From sequence record NC_048747.1: 64,000 nucleotides of DNA; one strand, given 5' to 3'. The position numbers and the translations under genes are program-made. Below the pieces are notes generated by a model. That model was not told where the DNA came from, made no database searches, and worked only from the letters and a program-made list of their open reading frames with translations. Below are positions 1 through 7,171 of the stretch, in pieces. Every line of letters starts with the position of its first letter. Within the stretch, counting starts at the first letter, position 1.

Positions 1-127
1 CACGCACTAACTTAGGTTCCGTAGATAGCCAAGCTTCCATATCTCGGATACGTTGTTCCAAAACCCATAAACGTTGGATTTCTTTTTTCGCTACTTTAAG
101 TTTAATAAAACGTTTAAACCAGTTCAT
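1..127 (-). CDS. Hypothetical protein, runs off the window edge; paralog of 156..530
   Basis: Manual translation from ATG at 127: MNWFKRFIKLKVAKKEIQRLWVLEQRIRDMEAWLSTEPKLVR, open to position 1; not in the ORF track. Confidence 0.7.
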   Translation of the reverse strand, partial: MNWFKRFIKLKVAKKEIQRLWVLEQRIRDMEAWLSTEPKLVR

Positions 128-155
128 GTTTATTCCTTTCTTTTTTATTTATAAC

Positions 156-530
156 TCAATCCCTTGGGAACGGGACGACATTGGATGAACCGAGTTCATC
201 GTTGATAGTCAGGCTAGGTGACCCGGAAGTTAATTCAGAGGTATCGCGTGTTCGGTAATACTTGGGTTGAGACTTGATCAGTTCTTCCCGGGAGTATTTT
301 AAATTAGGTAACGAACGAGCTATGGCGGTGTATTTAAAACGATAGTGGTCACGGAAGCCTCGGATGTCGGATTTGTTCTTACCACTTATCCAATCAACCG
401 TGTCGACCACTCTTGGGTCTTCCCGCATATAGGAACGTGCCTCACCAAGTCTTTTCTTCAACTCAGCTAATTCTCTTAGTTCCTCACCCGCCACCTTTTC
501 ACGTAACCATAAGTAAAGTTTCTTTAACAT
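156..530 (-). CDS. Hypothetical phage protein
   Basis: 124 aa ORF with AAGG RBS-like sequence upstream; resembles the adjacent partial ORF. Confidence 0.75.
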   Translation of the reverse strand: MLKKLYLWLREKVAGEELRELAELKKRLGEARSYMREDPRVVDTVDWISGKNKSDIRGFRDHYRFKYTAIARSLPNLKYSREELIKSQPKYYRTRDTSELTSGSPSLTINDELGSSNVVPFPRD

Positions 531-560
531 AGATTACCTTAAAAAAATAATTATCTAAAG

Positions 561-588
561 TATGTGGACTCCCGTAGGAGTCCACATA
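561..588 (-). terminator. Intrinsic terminator after the chaperonin gene
   Basis: 12-bp perfect stem TATGTGGACTCC/GGAGTCCACATA, UACG loop on minus strand, T-rich tail. Confidence 0.7.
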
Positions 589-596
589 TCTTTTAT

Positions 597-2156
597 TTAG
601 AATCGAAGTTCGCTAAGGCGAGAGTTAAGAATCATGGAGTCAGTGTCAATCAGCATGATCGCCATAGAAGTCGCAGCTTCTAGTGCAGTGATCGTTGCTA
701 ACGACGCATCCCAGATTCCGATTTCACCCGGTTCTTTACCTTCTTCACCTGTTGCTAGGTTAGTGAAAGTCATGTCGTCAGAGTAATCGGTACTCATCAG
801 GTATTGGGTTTGTTGTTTCAGAATAGCAACAAAGTCTTCCGCGATTTCACACTTAGGGTATTTAGCTTCTAAGATCTTAGACGCCATAACTAGTGAGTAA
901 CCACAACCTTGTAGAACACCGTTACGTAGAGCCGACTTACAAACACGAGCCACGTCTTCAAAACGGTCTTTGCGTTCACGGATATCAGACTCAGTCAGAC
1001 CACCCACATACAACGTTACTGAACCACCAGATAAAATACGTAGACGAGATTCCACGATACGACCTAATGCAGAGTGACGTTGATCTACGTTCAGATCGTT
1101 TAGTGCACGGTTAACTTCTTTGATTGCTGTATCCAGTTGAGCTTCATGTTTATCAGAGAACCCTACGATAGTTAACGCCGCGCTACTGATGTGTGCGATA
1201 GGGTACTCTTTAGGTTCACGGAACTCAGGATGGTCAGCAAGCAACTCAGTATACATCTTAGAACCCATCACCGTGGCGATATCATTCATTAACGATACGC
1301 CAGAAGAACCCGCTGCACGGATAGTGACGATTTTGTAAGCCACTCGTCCAATGTGTGAGTTCAATGCTTTAATCGCGTTCTCACTCACACTCTCGGTACT
1401 ACGACACAACAACAAATACGTACCACCGGCACTCACGTAGTCTTTGGTGTACGCCATGAATTTATCAAGGTTTTCTTTACTTGATAACCCATTCAGTTCA
1501 CCTGACAACACGATTGGTCGGTATTGGTCTTTTTGATCAAAGTGTTCCGGAGCACCAGTGCCCAGATCAGAGAACTCAGGAGAAGCAAAGCCACCCGGCC
1601 AGCTACAACCCGTATTGGATTGAACTTGGTCTTTATCGTCGTTAGCTTCACGCAAATCTAGATCAGGGAGATGTGGATGTTCTTCATAGATCTCCAACAC
1701 TTTGTTAACGATGCGTTCGTCGTTGTTACTCGTGGTCATCATTACTTGACGCAGTAAATCAGAGTCGATCTTAACTTGGACGGAAAGTTGTTTCAAAATG
1801 TCTACGATTTCTTGAGAGTACTTGTTGATCAACTTCTTATTACGGAAGTTACACTTGTATTTAAAGCGGTTGTAGATCTCACGGAGTAAGAAGGCAGTCG
1901 TAGTAGTACCATCACCACAGATCTTGTCTGTACGCAAACAACACTCAGCGATCATCGATGCGATCAAATCCTTTTCTGGTTCATCAAAACGCATGGCTTT
2001 CGCAGCGGTTACGCCATCTTTAGTAGGATGCGGGATACCGCTTTTATCACATAACACAAACTTACCATCCGGACCCATGGTCGCGATAACGGTTCCGGTG
2101 ACTTTACGAACTACTTCATCTTTGATGTTGTTAGTTTCAGAAGTTTGGTATAACAT
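597..2156 (-). CDS. groEL: GroEL-like phage chaperonin (Cpn60 family)
   Basis: 519 aa; TMGPDGKFV, TKDGVTAAK, GDGTTTT ATP-binding motif, LYVGGLTESDIRERKDRFED, GVLQGCG. Confidence 0.92.
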   Translation of the reverse strand: MLYQTSETNNIKDEVVRKVTGTVIATMGPDGKFVLCDKSGIPHPTKDGVTAAKAMRFDEPEKDLIASMIAECCLRTDKICGDGTTTTAFLLREIYNRFKYKCNFRNKKLINKYSQEIVDILKQLSVQVKIDSDLLRQVMMTTSNNDERIVNKVLEIYEEHPHLPDLDLREANDDKDQVQSNTGCSWPGGFASPEFSDLGTGAPEHFDQKDQYRPIVLSGELNGLSSKENLDKFMAYTKDYVSAGGTYLLLCRSTESVSENAIKALNSHIGRVAYKIVTIRAAGSSGVSLMNDIATVMGSKMYTELLADHPEFREPKEYPIAHISSAALTIVGFSDKHEAQLDTAIKEVNRALNDLNVDQRHSALGRIVESRLRILSGGSVTLYVGGLTESDIRERKDRFEDVARVCKSALRNGVLQGCGYSLVMASKILEAKYPKCEIAEDFVAILKQQTQYLMSTDYSDDMTFTNLATGEEGKEPGEIGIWDASLATITALEAATSMAIMLIDTDSMILNSRLSELRF

Positions 2157-2206
2157 ATTTCTTTCCTCATGAAAGGTTTTATTAATGGGGTGGTAAGTAC
2201 ACTCAA

Positions 2207-2219
2207 GTAATATAGAGTT
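2207..2219 (-). promoter_or_regulatory. Putative phiKZ-type early promoter
   Basis: Minus strand AACTCTATATTAC contains the TATATTAC core known for phiKZ early promoters; about 50 nt upstream of groEL. Confidence 0.55.
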
Positions 2220-2228
2220 GAATTCTTT

Positions 2229-3386
2229 TTAGAGACCAATGTAATCGAAGGTTTTAACTTCTTCTTTAGTCAAAGGTACTTCAACGATACTTAGGTTGCT
2301 AGGTCGCTGTAGTTGAACCTTACCAACTTTGGTGTAGTCGAGTTCAGACTCTTTGATCTTAATTAACATACCTTTGGTTTCTTTATCCAACAACAAGTAA
2401 TCTACGTCCAACGTGAACGACGTATTGATCATGTTTGTTTTAAGTGCAACTTGTTCAGCGTAAAGCATGTAAGGTAACACTTCAGTCGAGTACTCTTTTA
2501 AAGGAGACAGTACCGATAACATTAAACGAGTGTGGAGTTCAAAGCGAGGAACGTGAACAGTGCTTAACATCTCTGTAATGACGTTACTGCGATCTACTAA
2601 GTCGTAGTCTTCTTCACTCATGTCCAGCCCGAGCTCCACTAAGTCTTTGTAAGGCAAGTCCTTAGCGACTCCAAGGATGAGTTTGGTAACTTGGTTCTCA
2701 CCACGAGATTGCATAATCGCAATACGGCGCTCCACCGGGATTTCCGTTTGCAGGAAACTCATTTGGATTTGTTTAGGAGTATTGATGTAACGACCTTCAC
2801 CAGCCGCTTCCGATACCGTGTGGTTTGGTTCCGGTAGTAGATCGGGTGAGTGGAACAAAATTACTCCAGTGGTGGTCGGTGTTTGAAATGCTTTACCTGC
2901 ACTCAATCCAATCTCACCTTTCTTCACCACCACTTCTTCTGCGGCTTCAGGGAGACCCATGGCAGTCATGCATCCCTCTAAAGTAAGGTGTTTGTCCATC
3001 ATGCCGTTATCTAAGAAAGCAGACTTAAGTGCGTCAACGTCTTCTAAGATGACACCGGCTTCAAAGAAGCGTTCTTTAGCCTTTTCCACACGCTCATTAA
3101 ACGTATAGTTACGAACGTAGGTAACGTCTTCTTCTACCGCCATATAGTCACGGTGGTTCAGACCAGCATCGTGCAAGATGTCCAGTGAGGACTCTTGACT
3201 CAGTACCCACTCTAACTCTTTGATCGCAACATCAACCCCAGGTGTGTTGGTTACCGCCGACCATTGTGGTAGGTACCCTTCTTTGGTAATGTCAAATTTG
3301 TGTTTCCAGTGCAGTGCGTAATGGTCACCGTTAGCTTCATTGCCTTCATTCACTACTTGCTCTAGTGCATCGATAAAATGTTTCAT
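2229..3386 (-). CDS. Thymidylate synthase (ThyA)-fold protein, catalytic residues missing
   Basis: N-terminus aligns by eye with ThyA (MKHFIDALEQVVNEG, FDITKEGYLP, IKELEWVL); C-terminus follows the ThyA C-terminal pattern; no RTG, PCH or RSxD motifs. Confidence 0.6.
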   Translation of the reverse strand: MKHFIDALEQVVNEGNEANGDHYALHWKHKFDITKEGYLPQWSAVTNTPGVDVAIKELEWVLSQESSLDILHDAGLNHRDYMAVEEDVTYVRNYTFNERVEKAKERFFEAGVILEDVDALKSAFLDNGMMDKHLTLEGCMTAMGLPEAAEEVVVKKGEIGLSAGKAFQTPTTTGVILFHSPDLLPEPNHTVSEAAGEGRYINTPKQIQMSFLQTEIPVERRIAIMQSRGENQVTKLILGVAKDLPYKDLVELGLDMSEEDYDLVDRSNVITEMLSTVHVPRFELHTRLMLSVLSPLKEYSTEVLPYMLYAEQVALKTNMINTSFTLDVDYLLLDKETKGMLIKIKESELDYTKVGKVQLQRPSNLSIVEVPLTKEEVKTFDYIGL

Positions 3387-3388
3387 GA

Positions 3389-4036
3389 TTAACCCTTAAT
3401 GGTTCTGAGTTCTTGTCGAGTAAACAACTCGGTGAAATGGTGTCGTTTGATGGTCAAGTAATCGTCTTCATCAAACGGAGTATTAAACACTCCTGTTTCG
3501 TACAGCGAGTCCGCAATAGAGTCTTCTGCTGCATCGAGGTTGTATTCGTCCGAGTTAAATAAGTAATAACCAAAACCACATATCTGGTCACCGGACTTTA
3601 ATTGTGTACCTTTATATTCGGCTTCGTTGACGATGTTACGTTTAAGTTCTCGCAGACAGTCTTCAACGAATTCGTTCCATGGAGTAGCAATCCCTACGTG
3701 GGTTTGTTTCTTAAACTCTTGTAGGTAAGAGAACACTTCTACCGTTTCTCCAGTATCTACCCCGACAAATAAAAACAGTTGCCACGGCGACGGTTCACTC
3801 AACAACGTGATCAATGCTTTTATTGCTACCTGTCTATCTTTGGATTGCTTCAGTCGCATTAACTTAGGGGCCCAATCAACCGTATCCAGTTGATGCGCAT
3901 GACTACCAAAGAAATAAAAGTGATCACTGATCTCCTTTACCGTGTTAGCGATGGTGTATTGGTTTAACTTAGTTAGGCGTTGTTGACGACCTTTGATTTG
4001 GACACCTCGACGTGTGCCCTTATTTTTCTTACTCAT
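3389..4036 (-). CDS. Hypothetical protein
   Basis: 215 aa ORF, 2 nt from the downstream gene, basic N-terminus. Confidence 0.75.
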   Translation of the reverse strand: MSKKNKGTRRGVQIKGRQQRLTKLNQYTIANTVKEISDHFYFFGSHAHQLDTVDWAPKLMRLKQSKDRQVAIKALITLLSEPSPWQLFLFVGVDTGETVEVFSYLQEFKKQTHVGIATPWNEFVEDCLRELKRNIVNEAEYKGTQLKSGDQICGFGYYLFNSDEYNLDAAEDSIADSLYETGVFNTPFDEDDYLTIKRHHFTELFTRQELRTIKG

Positions 4037-4061
4037 GACGTTGTCTTATTTATGCTAATGT

Positions 4062-4532
4062 TTATTCTAATGGTTCGGCTGTTAGATTATTGAAGTAGAA
4101 AGTCTGACCTACAAAAGGTTGCAGGATGTCTACCAGACGTTCGGCTTCTTCGACTGGAACATCGTAAGCCACACTCATATGTGGTTTGTATTCCGGCCAG
4201 CTGTGATCGTAACCTAAAGATAACCAACTGTAGTGTTCTTCAGTCAAGTCATTAGAACTCAACGTTAGCGCTACCGCAGCTTGAACGCCATCTTTGACTT
4301 CACCTAAGAGTTCGACACCAATGACCTCAGCTTCAAACACCTTACTTGGGTCGATCTTAGGTTCTAAAGCGCTGTCGATTAAATCGCGGTCAAAGGCTAT
4401 CGTGCAATGAAACTTACCTTGGTCGATAGGGGTGATGTTTTGACTCACCAACATATCACGAATAGCGCCACATTGATGGTACGCTAAATCTACACTGACA
4501 TAACCTTTGGTCTTACTAGCTTCAGTGGTCAT
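4062..4532 (-). CDS. acb1: 2H phosphoesterase, Acb1/T4 gp57B-like anti-CBASS nuclease
   Basis: 156 aa with two HxT/S motifs (KFHCTIAF, KPHMSVAYDV); LGYDHSWPEYKPH resembles T4 57B LGATHDFDDYTPH; C-terminal EPL. Confidence 0.72.
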   Translation of the reverse strand: MTTEASKTKGYVSVDLAYHQCGAIRDMLVSQNITPIDQGKFHCTIAFDRDLIDSALEPKIDPSKVFEAEVIGVELLGEVKDGVQAAVALTLSSNDLTEEHYSWLSLGYDHSWPEYKPHMSVAYDVPVEEAERLVDILQPFVGQTFYFNNLTAEPLE

Positions 4533-4567
4533 AACTAATCCTTAAATATTCAATAAGCAAATAAAAG

Positions 4568-4583
4568 AGGAGCCGAAGCTCCT
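4568..4583 (-). terminator. Intrinsic terminator with UUCG loop
   Basis: Minus strand AGGAGC-TTCG-GCTCCT followed by CTTTTATTT. Confidence 0.65.
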
Positions 4584-4586
4584 ACG

Positions 4587-4925
4587 TTAATCGAGACTCC
4601 AGTGTGTTCGATAGATCTTCATGAAAGGTTCTGGGAAGCTGCTTCTCCAACGACACGCAGGACACTCGAACTGCCCATCTACGTAGTTGGTTCTCGGCAT
4701 GCTATCACACTCACCTAGTCTCCCACAGTACGGTGAGTAATTAGGTCTCGTCATAAGGTTATTACGGACGATACTGTTGATCAGAGGATGTTGTGAGATA
4801 TTAGTGTTGAACTCACTCACTTCCAAAGGCGTCATGTCTTTGTAGGCTTTTTGTGAAGCTTCCTTAATCTTGTTCAGAATCTCTTTGGATTCGGTCATGT
4901 CGATCATCGTTTGTATCTCCACCAT
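4587..4925 (-). CDS. Small Cys4 putative zinc-binding protein
   Basis: YCGRLGEC and FECPAC motifs; overlaps the RNase H stop; true start may be a downstream Met. Confidence 0.6.
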   Translation of the reverse strand: MVEIQTMIDMTESKEILNKIKEASQKAYKDMTPLEVSEFNTNISQHPLINSIVRNNLMTRPNYSPYCGRLGECDSMPRTNYVDGQFECPACRWRSSFPEPFMKIYRTHWSLD

Positions 4926-5428
4926 TGTTTGGATTTGTCTGGTGTGAATTTTGGAAGGTTTTCATTGAAAGTGAAATACCCTTCATCTTCTAATGTTGCA
5001 TTATTACGAGCAGCGTTTTGTGCTAATGTGTCGCAACGTTCGTTATCTGGATCCCCGGAGTGACCCTTTACCCAATTCCACGTCACATCATGGTAACGTG
5101 TCATATCGTAAAGTCGTTTCCAGAGGTCTACGTTTTTAACAGGACCGCCATCCGCACGCTTCCAGCCTCTTCTACGCCAACCGTGAATCCATTGTTCGAT
5201 TCCTTGTTTGACATACTGAGAATCAGTGGTAACCGATACCTTACGTCTTTCAGGCAGTCCCTCTAGGGCTACAATTGTGGCAAGCATCTCCATACGGTTG
5301 TTAGTGGAGCGTCGATAACCCGCACTTAACTCTATGGTGACTTCTCCATCACGAATAACAATCCCGTACCCCGAAGGGCCAGCACCGGATTCTCCCACAG
5401 AGGAACCGTCGGTGTTGATAATGAGCAT
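4904..5428 (-). CDS. rnhA: Ribonuclease HI
   Basis: [36 protein letters not shown]: catalytic D/E/D/H/D set present. Confidence 0.96.
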   Translation of the reverse strand: MLIINTDGSSVGESGAGPSGYGIVIRDGEVTIELSAGYRRSTNNRMEMLATIVALEGLPERRKVSVTTDSQYVKQGIEQWIHGWRRRGWKRADGGPVKNVDLWKRLYDMTRYHDVTWNWVKGHSGDPDNERCDTLAQNAARNNATLEDEGYFTFNENLPKFTPDKSKQWWRYKR

Positions 5429-5452
5429 GATAAGTTTCCTTTTGAATTATCG

Positions 5453-6421
5453 TCATACATACGACCTGACAGTTAGATTTGATTGACGACCAGTGAGTAC
5501 GTCGTGTTTAAATTGGAAATACGTTTGTTTAGCATAGTAAGTGATGACCTTACGTATTGCTTGTTGAGGTAAGTCAATTTTCTCCGCAATTGCTTCAATA
5601 CGCACTTCCCAATCGATAATGTTTTCTTTGATAGTCTCCAACCACTCTTTACCTAAGAGTTCATCGTACCCATCTTTACGGCGACGTGGGACACCCTCTA
5701 TCTGCTTCCGAGCCCAAGAACGGAAAGTGACTCCGTAGTGTGATCTGTGTAGGGAATCCACAAAGTTGGAAGTGAGATCATTTTTTAAGAAGTACTCTTT
5801 AGGGGTCATATTACTCTTCAGGAAGTCTCTTCTAATGCAAGAAATGCGGGTATAGGAAATGAACTCGTAAGGAGTTTCTGGACCGTTGTGTTGGTACCAA
5901 ATGCGGTAAAACCAACAATGACTGCCTCTAAAGAAGTTCACTAAGTCTTCTCTAACTTTAAGTTTGCCTTTAGCTTTTTGGATGATACGAATCATTACAA
6001 ACGCCAGGTATTCCTCAACGTTGTCAAATTCACTATCAATGTAATCTTTGGCAAGACCAAGTGAGCGCAAGTATGTTATCTCGGAAACGGTGAACTTGAA
6101 TTTCTCACGGAAATAAACACAAAGGTTGCGTGGGTCCCCATAACCCATCTTCACATGCAACTGATTCAGATCAAAGTTGGGGTCTCTGAGTAAGTCGAGT
6201 ACTGCTTTTTCTCTTTGGATCACAAACCATTGGACAGAGCCCATGTCTGTCGCTTTAACAATCAATTTAGAGATGATGGACTTATCTATGCCGAAAAGTT
6301 GAGATAAGTGTTTTAAAGTGACTCTGTGTGCTTTACCCTGGACCTCTTGGTTAATCCTTTCCCATAATTCTTTTTCTTTATTGGAAAGATGATCTAGGGT
6401 TTTGTTGTTTGCTTGTTCCAT
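5453..6421 (-). CDS. Protein of tandem AraC/XylS-type DNA-binding domains
   Basis: Residues ~19-117 and ~140-238 each follow the AraC double-HTH pattern (MGYGDPRNLCVYFREKFKFT; TPYEFISYTRI; HYGVTFRSW); third partial HTH at ~258-312. Confidence 0.6.
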   Translation of the reverse strand: MEQANNKTLDHLSNKEKELWERINQEVQGKAHRVTLKHLSQLFGIDKSIISKLIVKATDMGSVQWFVIQREKAVLDLLRDPNFDLNQLHVKMGYGDPRNLCVYFREKFKFTVSEITYLRSLGLAKDYIDSEFDNVEEYLAFVMIRIIQKAKGKLKVREDLVNFFRGSHCWFYRIWYQHNGPETPYEFISYTRISCIRRDFLKSNMTPKEYFLKNDLTSNFVDSLHRSHYGVTFRSWARKQIEGVPRRRKDGYDELLGKEWLETIKENIIDWEVRIEAIAEKIDLPQQAIRKVITYYAKQTYFQFKHDVLTGRQSNLTVRSYV

Positions 6422-6452
6422 GTTATTCCTTAGTAAAGGTTAATTATTTGCT

Positions 6453-6464
6453 GGTGTATAGATT
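6453..6464 (-). promoter_or_regulatory. Degenerate early-promoter-like motif
   Basis: Minus strand AATCTATACACC upstream of 5453..6421; partial match to the AAATCTATATTA motif. Confidence 0.35.
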
Positions 6465-6480
6465 AAAGGAACTTAATACA

Positions 6481-6595
6481 TTTGCTGTTATATTAAGTAT
6501 ATAAATATATTAAAAATAATAAATAGACAACGTTTTTTCTTTTTTCTTTCTCCCCCTCCCCAAAAAGATAGAAATAGTAGTTAGAAAATAATTAA
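6481..6595. other. AT-rich non-coding element with CCCCCTCCCC core
   Basis: TATAT-rich tract, T-tract, CCCCCTCCCC at 6552-6561; same layout at 55001-55097. Confidence 0.5.
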
Positions 6596-6596
6596 T

Positions 6597-6627
6597 TATC
6601 CCTCTTCCTTTATCGGGAAGAGGGATA
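6597..6627. terminator. Intergenic hairpin/terminator
   Basis: 12-bp stem TATCCCTCTTCC/GGAAGAGGGATA right after the 6632 stop. Confidence 0.65.
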
Positions 6628-6631
6628 GTGT

Positions 6632-7114
6632 TTAAGTGATGTGCACGTTACGGGTGTTGCCTTCCAACTTAATGAGTGTGGTGTTGTATAGTGTGATGCC
6701 CGGACTAAGTGCGTATTGGTTAAACAAGAACGAATCTTTCATTACCACGCCGGATGCGGGGATGTGTGAGTTAAACATACCACAGACACCCTCAACGCGT
6801 AATCGCCCTTGCCAAGAGCTATCAAACGTCCAGAACGCCACACGCTGTCCAGGAGTGACTTCGATGTCCAAGTGACACTCTGGCTGGAACTCAATCGTAA
6901 TAAGCTCGTCATCGCTCACATAGGTGTAAATAACGCCATCTTCAGGGAAGTTAGCCACCCACTCGTTAATCGCTAGTTTGATGAACGGGTCATCATTCAT
7001 TACCGCATTAACAGCCATAGGAACCAATAACGGTTTATTGCTGATGGTGACAGTTAGCGTTTCTTCCACCCCATTAATGGTGATGGGAACTTCAGTAGTT
7101 GGTAGATTATCCAT
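6632..7114 (-). CDS. Hypothetical protein, C-terminal beta-solenoid-like repeats
   Basis: 160 aa; MFNSHI, VMKDSFL, TLYNTTL periodic pattern. Confidence 0.6.
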   Translation of the reverse strand: MDNLPTTEVPITINGVEETLTVTISNKPLLVPMAVNAVMNDDPFIKLAINEWVANFPEDGVIYTYVSDDELITIEFQPECHLDIEVTPGQRVAFWTFDSSWQGRLRVEGVCGMFNSHIPASGVVMKDSFLFNQYALSPGITLYNTTLIKLEGNTRNVHIT

Positions 7115-7130
7115 AGGAACTCCTAATAAC

Positions 7131-7159
7131 CCTCAGAGGCCCGGTAAGGCTCTCTGAGG
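7131..7159. terminator. Intergenic hairpin
   Basis: CCTCAGAG...CTCTGAGG inverted repeat between genes. Confidence 0.5.
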
Positions 7160-7171
7160 ACTAATTGCGAC

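Noticed and set aside
156-530. Possible GroES co-chaperonin next to groEL
   Set aside because: Helical sequence without the GroES beta-barrel or mobile-loop motifs
6552-6561. G-quadruplex on the minus strand
   Set aside because: Only two G-runs; cannot form an intramolecular quadruplex
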